64,000 nt of DNA from a virus (Duplodnaviria; Caudoviricetes). Positions 38,412-48,393 of this stretch are shown piece after piece. The position numbers and the translations under genes were made by a program. The notes beneath the pieces are model-generated. The model was given only the letters and a program-made list of their open reading frames with translations. It did not search any database and was not told the origin of the DNA. Positions within the stretch are counted from its first letter, which is position 1; each line of letters starts with the position of its first letter. The stretch covers positions 1-64,000 of IMG/VR virus record IMGVR_UViG_3300042453_002018. The stretch is one strand, 5' to 3'.

Positions 38412-39434
38412 ATGAAGAAGTTTTTAGTATCATTGTTACTTTTCACAGGAGTCGCATCCGCAGCAGAATTAACTGGCGCTGGTGCGACTTTTCCATTTCC
38501 AATCTATGCTAAATGGGCTGAAGCATACAAGGCAGCAACAGGCATAGGTCTGAATTATCAATCAATTGGTTCCGGTGGCGGCATCAAACAAATCAAAGCA
38601 AAGACAGTTGATTTTGGTGCAAGTGATATGCCATTGAAGCCTGAAGAATTAGACAAAGAAGGTCTAATTCAATTTCCAGCAGTAATTGGCGGTGTAGTGC
38701 CAGTATTCAATCTTGATGGTATATCAGCAGGTCAATTAAAATTAACACCAGAAGTTATTGCAAACATTCATCTTGGTAAAATCACAAAATGGAATGATAA
38801 ATCAATCGTTGATTTGAATCCTGGTGTCAATCTACCATCATTAGCAATCACAGTTGTTCATCGTGCAGACGGTTCAGGTACTACATTTATTTGGACAAAC
38901 TTTTTAGGTAAAGCAAATGCAGAGTTTGCGAAAACTGTTGGTGAAGGCACAGCAGTAAAATGGCCAGTTGGTGTAGGTGGTAAGGGTAATGAAGGTGTTG
39001 CTGTTCAAGTGCAACGTATCAAAGGTGCATTTGGTTATGTTGAATATGCATACGCAAAAAGAAACAAAATTGCACACGCACAATTAAAGAATCGTGATGG
39101 TGTTTTTGTACAACCAAGCGATGATTCATTCAAAGCCGCAGCAGCAAATGCAGATTGGAATAACGCACCAGGAATGTATTTGTTACTCACATGGCAAACA
39201 GGTAAAGAAGCGTGGCCAGCAACAGGCGCAAGTTTTATTCTCATGCATAAACAACAAGCAGATAGTTTAACAGGTCGTGCAGTTTTGAAATTCTTTGATT
39301 GGAGTTGGAAGAATGGCGCCAAGATGAGTGAAGAACTAGAATACGTTCATTTACCACAATCAGTCATCAAATTAAACCAAGACAATTGGAAAAAAGACTT
39401 AAAAGGTCCTGACAACAACCCAATTTGGAAATAA
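38412..39434 (+). CDS. pstS: phosphate ABC transporter substrate-binding protein
   Basis: Signal peptide, GAGATFP, YQSIGSGGG, DFGASD, RADGSGTT. Confidence 0.97.
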   Translation: MKKFLVSLLLFTGVASAAELTGAGATFPFPIYAKWAEAYKAATGIGLNYQSIGSGGGIKQIKAKTVDFGASDMPLKPEELDKEGLIQFPAVIGGVVPVFNLDGISAGQLKLTPEVIANIHLGKITKWNDKSIVDLNPGVNLPSLAITVVHRADGSGTTFIWTNFLGKANAEFAKTVGEGTAVKWPVGVGGKGNEGVAVQVQRIKGAFGYVEYAYAKRNKIAHAQLKNRDGVFVQPSDDSFKAAAANADWNNAPGMYLLLTWQTGKEAWPATGASFILMHKQQADSLTGRAVLKFFDWSWKNGAKMSEELEYVHLPQSVIKLNQDNWKKDLKGPDNNPIWK

Positions 39435-39443
39435 GGATAAATT

Positions 39444-40850
39444 ATGAAACTATTTAAAAAATTATCTATCGTAGTTGCACTTGCAGCAGTAATTCCTGCA
39501 TATGCTGATGAGTATAAAGATACATTGAATATTCTAAGAGAGAAGAATATAATCACTCAAAAAGAATATGAATCAAAACTCAATGCATATGAAGAAAAAG
39601 AAGAAAACAAAAAGTTTGCAGAACAAAGAATCGATAAAGATGTTAGTGATTCGGTCAAATATAGACAAGCAAGAGCAAACGACGGTTCAGTCACAGAAAA
39701 TGGACTTGGACTCAAATCAAAAGATGGTAACAATACGGCGCAGTTTACAGGTCGAATTCACATGGACTATCGACACTACACACCAGATTACGGTGTCGGT
39801 CAAACCACGGATTCGTATCAGAACTTAGCAGAAGTTCGTCGTGCAAGATTTGGTGTTCGTGGCCAGTTTGCAAAAGACTTCAAATATCAATTACTAGCAA
39901 ACTTTGGTGCAAGTGATGGCTTTAGTTCTACATCATCAACAGCAGATGAGATGTGGGTAAACTATGCAGCAAATCCAGAAATGCAATTTCAATTTGGTTT
40001 ATTCAAGATGCCATTTAGTCTTGAACAAATGACAAGTTCAAACAATCTAGATTTTATGGAACGTAGTTTGATTGGTCAGAATGATACTGAATTTATTCCT
40101 GCAAAAGAAACTGGTTTCATGTTACATGGTGTGCCAAAAGCTGGTCTTACATATGCTATAGCAGCAAGTAGAGGCAAATCCAATAAGAGCGCAGAGTTCG
40201 ATGGACTTGATTATATTGGTCGTGTAACAACTAATATTGCTGAACTAACAGGCAGCAAAGCATATACTGCACACTTGGGTGCAGCATACAGCACAGGTGA
40301 AATTAAGAGTGGTGTTGCACCAGCCAGTGGTAGAACAGAATCTCGTATGCAGTCTGGTTGGTTTACCGGTCCTGCATTGGGTGGTGCTACTACAAGAACA
40401 CGACAGGGACTTGAAGCAGCATTTGCATATAACGGTTTAAAAGTTCAAGGCGAACAGTTCAATTTTAAATATGATGCTGCAACAGGTAGTGACCAAGAAA
40501 TCAAAGGGTACTATGTACAAGCAGTTTATAATTTAACTGGTGAATCACATGCATACAAAGATGGTGCGTTTGGTTGGATTAAACCAAATAATCCAATCGA
40601 CAAAGGTGGTCGTGGTGCATGGCAAGTTGGTGTGCGTATGAGTGAGTTTGATGCAAGTGATGTATCCGTTGCAACAGGCAAATCAAATCGTGCTACTGCT
40701 ATGACATATGGCATCACCTGGTTCTGTACCGACAATCTACGTTTCATGTTAAACTATGTTGATACTAAGTTTGATGCGTTAGTTGGTTCTTCAGGTAGTC
40801 GTGTAACAGGTGATAAAGCAATTATGTTTAGAAGTCAATTAAGCTTCTAA
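39444..40850 (+). CDS. phosphate-selective porin (OprO/OprP family)
   Basis: Signal peptide, GRIHMDY, RRARFG, FKMPFSLEQMTSSN, FMERS, C-terminal Phe. Confidence 0.9.
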   Translation: MKLFKKLSIVVALAAVIPAYADEYKDTLNILREKNIITQKEYESKLNAYEEKEENKKFAEQRIDKDVSDSVKYRQARANDGSVTENGLGLKSKDGNNTAQFTGRIHMDYRHYTPDYGVGQTTDSYQNLAEVRRARFGVRGQFAKDFKYQLLANFGASDGFSSTSSTADEMWVNYAANPEMQFQFGLFKMPFSLEQMTSSNNLDFMERSLIGQNDTEFIPAKETGFMLHGVPKAGLTYAIAASRGKSNKSAEFDGLDYIGRVTTNIAELTGSKAYTAHLGAAYSTGEIKSGVAPASGRTESRMQSGWFTGPALGGATTRTRQGLEAAFAYNGLKVQGEQFNFKYDAATGSDQEIKGYYVQAVYNLTGESHAYKDGAFGWIKPNNPIDKGGRGAWQVGVRMSEFDASDVSVATGKSNRATAMTYGITWFCTDNLRFMLNYVDTKFDALVGSSGSRVTGDKAIMFRSQLSF

Positions 40851-40885
40851 ATTTTCACTCTAAATAGGTATTTCAAGGAGGTATT

Positions 40886-41338
40886 ATGAAATACCTATTT
40901 TCCTTTATAATTGCCGCATTTTTGACTATTTCTGCATTTGCGGCAAATCAATTTGAACTCAGATTTGAAGGTAACAAAGTCATTCATCAAGATTCCGACT
41001 GGGAATTTCTAATGCATGAACATGGCTACAATTTCTCAATGAGTAAAAAAATTGATATGCTAGATAAAGATAGTTTTATCGTGCATTCATTTATTGAGTT
41101 TGATTATCCTTATACATATAGTATGTTTAATGAGCCTACGCATAAAATATATACAATGGGTGTTATAAGTTGCTCAAGAAAAGCGATTATGTTATTACGA
41201 CAGATTTATGTCAAAACGGATAGTGAGATACAAATAATTCAACCAATTCAACCAAACGAGTACGTTTCTGAACTTGAGATGCCAGACACCGCAAGACATC
41301 AAATGTACCTTAGAGTATGCTCAGGAGAAATAGTATGA
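40886..41338 (+). CDS. secreted hypothetical protein
   Basis: Signal peptide; late promoter and RBS hairpin upstream. Confidence 0.7.
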   Translation: MKYLFSFIIAAFLTISAFAANQFELRFEGNKVIHQDSDWEFLMHEHGYNFSMSKKIDMLDKDSFIVHSFIEFDYPYTYSMFNEPTHKIYTMGVISCSRKAIMLLRQIYVKTDSEIQIIQPIQPNEYVSELEMPDTARHQMYLRVCSGEIV

Positions 41339-41778
41339 AAAAACTTTATGCAGCAGTAGGATTTTTATTCCTATGTTTATTTTTACCGACACAAGCAAAA
41401 ACACCAGAAGGTGTGATGTATGATGCACAAATTGTCCGTGTCAATGATGGTGACACAGTAGTGATTGCAGCACCATTTTTACCAAAGCCATTAAAGCCAG
41501 AACTGGCAGTTCGTATTTATGGAGTAGACACACCAGAGAAAGGTTTTCGTGCAAAATGTCCACAGGAAGATGAACGGGGTAAGTTGGCTACAAAATTTAC
41601 AACCAATGCAGTCGCAAAATCCTCTAAGCGCCAAGTTGTACTTTACGACTGGGATAAATTTGGTGGTCGTGTATTGGGTGATATCGTTTTAGATGGACAA
41701 AGTCTTCGTGCTATGCTCATTCAAAATGGTTTTGCGCGTGAATACTTTGGTGAAGCTAAACAATCATGGTGTAATTAA
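41335..41778 (+). CDS. thermonuclease (SNase-like) with signal peptide
   Basis: VNDGDT, RIYGVDTPE, DKFGGRVLG. Confidence 0.9.
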   Translation: MKKLYAAVGFLFLCLFLPTQAKTPEGVMYDAQIVRVNDGDTVVIAAPFLPKPLKPELAVRIYGVDTPEKGFRAKCPQEDERGKLATKFTTNAVAKSSKRQVVLYDWDKFGGRVLGDIVLDGQSLRAMLIQNGFAREYFGEAKQSWCN

Positions 41779-41780
41779 TC

Positions 41781-41939
41781 ATGAGGATACAACACGAATG
41801 TACCGCGTGTGGATCGGAGTTTACGATTTCTTATAACGAAATGCAAACCGAAACAGATCCAACCCATTGTCCTTTTTGTGGTGAATATTTGATACTTGAT
41901 GATGAGAGTTTTGATGATGAAGACGACGAGCCTTTATGA
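41781..41939 (+). CDS. small zinc-ribbon protein with acidic tail
   Basis: CTAC...CPFC, translated by eye. Confidence 0.7.
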   Translation: MRIQHECTACGSEFTISYNEMQTETDPTHCPFCGEYLILDDESFDDEDDEPL

Positions 41940-42355
41940 CATGGTACTACGATAGTGCTCCATATCAATATGATGAGGTGCCTTTTGGCTTTGTGTATCT
42001 GATAGAAAATCTTCTCACAGGAAAAAAATATATTGGACGCAAATACTTTACATGTGCTGGCTACAAGCAAGTCAACGGCAAGAAAAAAAAGATACGAAAA
42101 CCTTCAGACTGGCAAACATATTGGGGTTCCAATGAGACACTCAAAAGAGAAATCGCAGAATCTGGAGAAAGTAACTACAGGCGAATAATTCTTCATTTAT
42201 GTAAAAGTAAGTCTGAGTGTGCATATTGGGAAACGTATGAGATACTATCACGACATGCACTATTAAGTGAGAATTATTACAACGACTGGGTTACGGCAAA
42301 AATACGCAAAGACCATCTTAAATCTATTGTGCAGAGCAGCAAAAATACTATATAA
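41936..42355 (+). CDS. GIY-YIG family endonuclease
   Basis: GFVYLIEN...KKYIGRK...YWGS...E...N. Confidence 0.85.
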   Translation: MTWYYDSAPYQYDEVPFGFVYLIENLLTGKKYIGRKYFTCAGYKQVNGKKKKIRKPSDWQTYWGSNETLKREIAESGESNYRRIILHLCKSKSECAYWETYEILSRHALLSENYYNDWVTAKIRKDHLKSIVQSSKNTI

Positions 42356-42403
42356 TAGTAGAACGGTGCCTAATGGGCCGTTTAACTTTTACAGGAGAAA
42401 ATT

Positions 42404-42655
42404 ATGCTTTGGAATACACAACCTCAATTTCCTACATTTTACACATGGAATGACATTCAACGTAAAGCTGAAGAGATGACGATTAAGACTATTGACTTTA
42501 ATAAAGTTGTGGTCGATCACACTATTGCCTATTTTGACAGCGTTACAGATAATCATTTTACTACATATACAAAGAAAGTAGTAAACTTGAATAAGAATGT
42601 AGCAGAGGATGCAAAAAAAATCATTAAGTCTGAAATCAAGGAAGCTAAAGCTTGA
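42404..42655 (+). CDS. hypothetical protein
   Basis: AGGAG SD. Confidence 0.65.
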   Translation: MLWNTQPQFPTFYTWNDIQRKAEEMTIKTIDFNKVVVDHTIAYFDSVTDNHFTTYTKKVVNLNKNVAEDAKKIIKSEIKEAKA

Positions 42656-42877
42656 TATAGAGGGCAAGACAAAATTTTTTGATTCGGTAACTAGAGGTGG
42701 GTGGTGGATTAAGTTCTCCACCTACCGTGATCATTATATCTTACTAATGATTATATCAAAATATACAGGTCAAACAATTATTCGATATTACGCAGAAGAA
42801 CAAGACGCAGTAGCCTTTATAAATTTTATTACTACATGTAACGCACAAAATACATTTCATTCAGTATAGGAGTTGTT

Positions 42878-43498
42878 ATGAACATTTATGAGTCTTTGAA
42901 GAATACCCGCACTATGATTGATTCTTTACTGATAGACGCACCTCTTGAGTTCAATTCTATTCCCATTCCCAATCCAATAGAGCAAGTCAAACTTGCAGCC
43001 GATGCTTGTGTGAAAGCATTGAATGCAGGTAACAAGATATTCTTTATGGGTAATGGTGGTTCAGCAGCCGAAGCACAGCACCTTGCTGGTGAACTTGTTT
43101 CATTTTTTATGCAGAAAAGTAAACCGTATGCAGCAATCGCATTAAACACGGACACTTCGGTTATGACGGCAATTGCAAATGATTTGGGTTATCAGCATGT
43201 ATTTTCACGCCAAATCGAGGCGTTAGGAAAACCAGGTGATATAGCAATTTATTTGTCCACATCAGGTCTCTCTAAAAATATTTTAGAAGCGATGGGAGTT
43301 GCAAAAAACATGGGCATAATTAATATTGCGTTTACGGGTATGAAGACTAGATACATGAATAATTATTCAGATTATTACATTGCAATACCATCCACATCAA
43401 CGCCTTTAATACAAGAAGGTCATTTGATTTTGGGGCATATATTATGTGAAATGATTGAGGAAAGTATAGAATCCAAAACACTTCACGACAATTTCTAA
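42878..43498 (+). CDS. gmhA: D-sedoheptulose 7-phosphate isomerase
   Basis: GNGGSAAEAQH, TAIAND, STSG, IQEGH. Confidence 0.93.
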   Translation: MNIYESLKNTRTMIDSLLIDAPLEFNSIPIPNPIEQVKLAADACVKALNAGNKIFFMGNGGSAAEAQHLAGELVSFFMQKSKPYAAIALNTDTSVMTAIANDLGYQHVFSRQIEALGKPGDIAIYLSTSGLSKNILEAMGVAKNMGIINIAFTGMKTRYMNNYSDYYIAIPSTSTPLIQEGHLILGHILCEMIEESIESKTLHDNF

Positions 43499-43501
43499 TG
43501 C

Positions 43502-43816
43502 ATGCCTACACAGAAAACTTGTCCTAGATGTGGTGTAACACACAATAAACGTGGACCATATTGTTCCCGCTCATGTGGTAATGTGCGTGAGCATACTGAA
43601 GAAGACAAGGCAATTAGATCCGTTAAACTAACCGAGTATCATTTAACACCAGAAGGTGCAGCAACACGCGAAAAATCATCCCGAATGATATCAGCAAAAA
43701 ATAGCGGGAAAGATTGGGAAGAAGTGGGAGTTGAAGACTTTGCAGTAAACATTCCAGATGTTACAGATTATGTGGCTGAGTATGATGAAACATGGAACAG
43801 AGCAGAGAGGTGGTAA
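43502..43816 (+). CDS. zinc-finger hypothetical protein
   Basis: CPRC...YCSRSC. Confidence 0.65.
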   Translation: MPTQKTCPRCGVTHNKRGPYCSRSCGNVREHTEEDKAIRSVKLTEYHLTPEGAATREKSSRMISAKNSGKDWEEVGVEDFAVNIPDVTDYVAEYDETWNRAERW

Positions 43817-43954
43817 AATGAAAGCATTTATCATAATATTATTTACCGTATTCATGGTAATGGCAATGAATACTGGTGATTGGCTTGCTTATGTACTAGT
43901 AATGATTGGATTTGCGGTCATGATGTACTACATGGATGAGTTAGAGTGAAATCG

Positions 43955-43983
43955 TTGACAATTACGATATATCGCTATATAAT
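43955..43983 (+). promoter_or_regulatory. sigma70-type early promoter
   Basis: TTGACA-17-TATAAT; ATG43991 follows with no SD (possibly leaderless). Confidence 0.85.
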
Positions 43984-44160
43984 TTGATATATGGCAGAGA
44001 TATATACATTTACACCGAAACAAAAACCTAAAGAAGGCAACAACAATGAGTTGAGCCGTCTTAGGGCAAAGTTGCTTGAATTACATGAAGTCCGAGATGC
44101 ACTTAACAAAGAAATAAGATATACAAAAGATGCAATTAACCTGCTCGAAAAAGGCGAAAA

Positions 44161-44400
44161 ATGACAGAAGATCCTGACGATTTTGATGATGAAATTGATG
44201 AGGTAAGTGTCATTGATAAAATAGACATCTTGATAACACTTATAGAAAATGGTCCAAAAGATAGGTACAAAGCTTTGGCAGTCGTACTACATGAAGCAAA
44301 ATTTCAATTACTACATGCGTGGAATGAAGTCCAATACTATATGGAGCTATGTGAAAGTTATGAAAGAGCAATCAAACAAATAGGCGATAAGTTGAAATAA
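44161..44400 (+). CDS. hypothetical protein
   Basis: ORF track, tightly packed. Confidence 0.6.
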   Translation: MTEDPDDFDDEIDEVSVIDKIDILITLIENGPKDRYKALAVVLHEAKFQLLHAWNEVQYYMELCESYERAIKQIGDKLK

Positions 44401-44426
44401 CAATTCATCGCCTAAGGAGAAAGGCG

Positions 44427-44519
44427 ATGAATATACTTTTCAGATATCTACTAATCTATATCATAGTATTTTTTACTGTGGTGTCAACACCGTACATTTT
44501 TTCGGTTCTAATCAAATGA
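44427..44519 (+). CDS. 30-aa hydrophobic peptide
   Basis: AAGGAG SD, MNILFRYLLIYIIVFFTVVSTPYIFSVLIK, ATGA overlap with next gene. Confidence 0.55.
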   Translation: MNILFRYLLIYIIVFFTVVSTPYIFSVLIK

Positions 44520-45418
44520 ATAAACACTTCACACTTATAGAGTGGTTTGTTGTTTTTTCCGTTTTGTTTTTTCTTGTAATTCAATCGGCCGATGCAAGAA
44601 ACAAACACAAACACAAACCACATCGAAAACAAACAACCAAGTCACAAGCCGTTCGTGAATACGTTCCAGATACTCTGTCCGTAATGGTAACAAATGTGAC
44701 TGATAATGTAATCATTCGTTCACAACACATTGATCAGATACGTCCATTGGCCAGCATGACAAAGTTGATGACCGCAATGGTGGCATTAGATTATGATGCA
44801 GATATGAGTCGTAAGCTTACATTAAGTCGATTAGCAGGCAGCAGAATGCCTAAACGCGAATACACACGCGGTGAGTTGTTTCATATGTTATTAATCAAGA
44901 GTGATAATGCGGCAGCCGAGACATTAGCAAATGATTATCCAGGTGGTCGTGAAAAGTTTATTACCGACATGAACATCCGTGCGATGATGCTAACGATGTA
45001 CAGTACAAAGTTTGATGACCCGTCAGGTCTGAGTCCAAACAATGTTAGTACCGCAAGTGATGTAACACAAATGGTTGTAGCAGCCTCAAACTTTGGAGAG
45101 ATAAGAGATATATCTACCAAGAAAACGGCTACGATTGAAATCGATGGGCGTAGAAAAAGCAGAGTTACCATACTACATAACACAAATCACGCAATACTTT
45201 CACAGGTAAACGGTGTGCAAGTGAGTAAAACTGGTTATACAAATCCAGCTGGTTTTTGTGTGGCTATATTGGTACACAAACAAAATGGCGACAAAGAATA
45301 TCATGAGGTAATCGTAGTAATGGGCGCAAGAAATCCTTCACAAAGAGTTGACACCGTGAAGAAGGTCGCATATAATAAAATGATAGGAGGCGTTTATGAC
45401 ACGACGAGCCGAATTTGA
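44516..45418 (+). CDS. D-alanyl-D-alanine endo/carboxypeptidase (peptidase S11, PBP7-like)
   Basis: Signal/TM, SMTK (SxxK), SDN (SxN), KTG. Confidence 0.92.
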   Translation: MNKHFTLIEWFVVFSVLFFLVIQSADARNKHKHKPHRKQTTKSQAVREYVPDTLSVMVTNVTDNVIIRSQHIDQIRPLASMTKLMTAMVALDYDADMSRKLTLSRLAGSRMPKREYTRGELFHMLLIKSDNAAAETLANDYPGGREKFITDMNIRAMMLTMYSTKFDDPSGLSPNNVSTASDVTQMVVAASNFGEIRDISTKKTATIEIDGRRKSRVTILHNTNHAILSQVNGVQVSKTGYTNPAGFCVAILVHKQNGDKEYHEVIVVMGARNPSQRVDTVKKVAYNKMIGGVYDTTSRI

Positions 45419-45926
45419 AGCAGTAATGAATCGAATTAAAAATTTAACCGAATATGAAGTACAAATAACGGTACCAGAAGATTTTCAATTTGAAGGTCCC
45501 GTACCATATGATATGTCAATATCAGGAGATACCGCATGGGTAAAAGTAGTTGCAGCTTCCTTAGAGGAAGCAACGATAAAAGCGAATGAATACTTTGAGT
45601 GCAAATACAAATAAGCCTTGGATGGCACCAGAGTATGATATACCTGTGATGGAAAATGAAGAAATGTGGTCACAGCGTGTGATTGATGAAACCGCACGAT
45701 ATCTATGGTTAGAACTTGACCGAGAAGGGGATAGCAATGTGGGTTCTAATAATTAGTTTATACATGTTACAGTCAAATACGGAGTTGGTACAGAGTAAAG
45801 GCGTAATACAAGCACCACAACGCAGTATTGAACAATGCATAAAAGAGCGCGACCGAGTGAAAGAACAATGGCACATGGATGGATATCGAATAAGTCCGAG
45901 ATGTGTTTATATTAAATATTATTAAT

Positions 45927-46013
45927 GCGACTATGGTGAAACAGGTATACACAGCAGACTTAAAATCTGCCGCTCGAAAGGGCATGCCAGTTCGATTCTG
46001 GCTAGTCGCACCA
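45927..46013 (+). tRNA. tRNA-Leu(TAA)
   Basis: Cloverleaf, GCAGA-ctTAAaa-TCTGC, long variable arm, CCA. Confidence 0.93.
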
Positions 46014-46018
46014 ATTTC

Positions 46019-46095
46019 GGGCTGTTAGCTTAAATGGTCAAAGCAGCCGACTCATAATCGGTTGAGTGCGGGTTCAAGTCCTGCACAGCCCACCA
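46019..46095 (+). tRNA. tRNA-CAT (probably Ile2, lysidine type; Met not excluded)
   Basis: GCCGA-ctCATaa-TCGGT, CCA. Confidence 0.85.
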
Positions 46096-46101
46096 AACAA
46101 C

Positions 46102-46176
46102 GCGGCTATCGTATAATGGATAATACAGGGGATTTCTACTCCCTAAATGTGGGTTCGATTCCTGCTAGCCGTGCCA
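46102..46176 (+). tRNA. tRNA-Arg(TCT)
   Basis: GGGGA-ttTCTac-TCCCT, CCA. Confidence 0.85.
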
Positions 46177-46195
46177 ATTTTATTGTGGAGACATA

Positions 46196-46621
46196 ATGGC
46201 TATTACAAACAATCCTCATGGATTTGCACCCACTTTTGATGTTGATCCGTATCATGATCCCAGACTAGATTCATCATTAAATTCTGGTACATTTAAAATA
46301 GATTCAAGGGGTGTGGGTAAAATTTCAGCACATGACATTACAGGTATCAATAACGGTAATTTTACACTTCAACCATTTGATACATATCAAGGACAAATGA
46401 TTACAGCCACACTAGAAATTGATGAATTTCAAATGAGTAGAATGGATGATGTTGACATGAAAAACAAAGTTTTAAACTCATTGGTCAATGAGTTACTCTC
46501 TGCAAAATGCATAGAGTTTACAAAACAGCATGATGTTGCAACAAATACAATGAAAGTTCGTGCAAGAATCTTTGCGACACCAGATAGTCAAATAAGAGTT
46601 ATTCGACAGACGGTAAAGTGA
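46196..46621 (+). CDS. hypothetical protein
   Basis: GGAG SD. Confidence 0.65.
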   Translation: MAITNNPHGFAPTFDVDPYHDPRLDSSLNSGTFKIDSRGVGKISAHDITGINNGNFTLQPFDTYQGQMITATLEIDEFQMSRMDDVDMKNKVLNSLVNELLSAKCIEFTKQHDVATNTMKVRARIFATPDSQIRVIRQTVK

Positions 46622-46625
46622 TGTA

Positions 46626-47279
46626 ATGGATTTGGCAAGAATTTTAGCTCAAAATATTCATTCGGGATCAGGTAATCACGGTTTGTCTGAAGAAGAGTTG
46701 TACACTATACTCCAACAATGTACCGACATCGATAAATTTGCGTATTCATTATTTAAATGTGCAGAGATAAGTGGCAAATCTGCATTTACTACACAATTAA
46801 TTACTCAAAATAAACCCGACGTAAAAAATTTCACAAGATGGCACCACATCAAAGAGTCGTATAATGAGACATGGGGTTTTGCAAAAAATACTCCAGGTTG
46901 TTACGTTTATGGATTATTTGAAGATGGTCCAAATGATGAATCTGCCGACTTTTTAGACCCTAATGTTTTTTACATAGGCGAAAGCAGAGCGACATCCAGA
47001 GGATGCATGTTAGGCAGACGAGCGGATTTCTATTACGGAGTTATTAATAATTGGGTAAGTCCAATGGGAAACAGTCAGAGATTCGTTGAGAGATTCGGTG
47101 AAGAAAAAATTAAATATGTTTATCAAGCCTACTTGCCGATGCATCCATCATTTTGTAAGTTGACCGAATTAGAGTTATTAAAAGAGTATTATCTAAAATA
47201 TAACGAAATACCTGTTTGTAATCATAAGTCAGATCGTTCCAAAATAAACAAGTTAATCAAAAGTAAATCACAAATATGA
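46626..47279 (+). CDS. putative GIY-YIG-like nuclease
   Basis: PGCYVY...FYIGES...R...E...PVCN. Confidence 0.5.
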   Translation: MDLARILAQNIHSGSGNHGLSEEELYTILQQCTDIDKFAYSLFKCAEISGKSAFTTQLITQNKPDVKNFTRWHHIKESYNETWGFAKNTPGCYVYGLFEDGPNDESADFLDPNVFYIGESRATSRGCMLGRRADFYYGVINNWVSPMGNSQRFVERFGEEKIKYVYQAYLPMHPSFCKLTELELLKEYYLKYNEIPVCNHKSDRSKINKLIKSKSQI

Positions 47280-47341
47280 CAGAAAAAGTTATCAAAAAGA
47301 AATCACTCTGGCGAAAAAGGCAGGCACCTAGCAGATAATGC

Positions 47342-47370
47342 TTGACAATCTTACCGCTTTCGGATATACT
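47342..47370 (+). promoter_or_regulatory. sigma70-type early promoter
   Basis: TTGACA-17-TATACT. Confidence 0.85.
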
Positions 47371-47398
47371 GTAAATGTGATGAGAAAGTGAGTAAGAA

Positions 47399-47671
47399 AT
47401 GGTTAAGAAAGTTGATAAGTTTGATTTGAGTGAAGCGTGTGGATGGATCGGTATGTTGTTGATTCATGCTGCTACTCTTCCTACTAGTTTGGGTGTGATT
47501 CTTGGATATAGCGATAAGTTACCACCTCTAAGTATGGTGTTGATGGTCTGGAGCGGTTTGTTTCTGTTTCTAGTTCGTGCATTAGGTCGTAATGATAAGT
47601 TATACATAATTAGTAACGCCGTTGGTTTCTTTTTCAATAGTATTCTGTTGGCTCTGATTGTGTTTAAATAA
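47399..47671 (+). CDS. three-TM membrane protein
   Basis: Three hydrophobic helices. Confidence 0.7.
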   Translation: MVKKVDKFDLSEACGWIGMLLIHAATLPTSLGVILGYSDKLPPLSMVLMVWSGLFLFLVRALGRNDKLYIISNAVGFFFNSILLALIVFK

Positions 47672-48364
47672 TGGAGAATGTGATGAATTACGGAATGTTT
47701 ACAGAGAATGGCAATCGTGTAATTGACGGGATTGTGATTGTTGCAAAAGAGTTTCATTATTCTTGGAATTGTGTAAGTGATATACTTACTAAAATTTCAG
47801 AGATAGAGGGCTTCGAAGAAGCAAATGATACTGCGGTTCGTGAGAGTGTATATTTGGCAATGGAGGGTGTGTGATGAATAACTTAGTGAATGTAGCGACA
47901 CAAAGAAAATGGGAATATCAGGCTTACGGTGGCTACAAAGATGAAATTGTAGATTCTGTAAGAGATTCACTTACTTTTAAACTTTCAGGTCCAGGTATGG
48001 TAATAGCAAGTTATCTGTCCGATGCACAAGAGTTGATTGCTGTAAACGATGGTGAGCGGGCTCGTCAATATATCAATATCGCAAAGATGTTGTTGATGGA
48101 ATTTGAATTAGGGTTTGAAAGCCGTGCTGCGGCATAAGATGGACCCGCTATTCATCGTAGCGGGTAACCGAGAAGAGTTTGACGATTATGTCATTCGCAA
48201 AAGAATGATGGGACATGATTATGATTTTAGATTTGTCTATAGTCCTGATGTACTGCGTGGCCTCAATACTATTCGTGGGTTCTACGTTGGTAGCTATCGA
48301 GAACGCCCCGACTGGTCTGAGATTGATACCGTTATCAAAGTGATAAAATCCCGCGGTGGATGAC

Positions 48365-48393
48365 TTGACAAAGTTTTCATTTGTTGATATACT
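48365..48393 (+). promoter_or_regulatory. sigma70-type early promoter
   Basis: TTGACA-17-TATACT, then TGGAGATT SD. Confidence 0.85.

Noticed and set aside
46102-46176. Possible amber suppressor tRNA (CTA visible in the loop region)
   Set aside because: The stem GGGGA/TCCCT fixes the 7-nt loop as TTTCTAC, giving anticodon TCT (Arg); core genes read uninterrupted in the standard code, so there is no sign of recoding.
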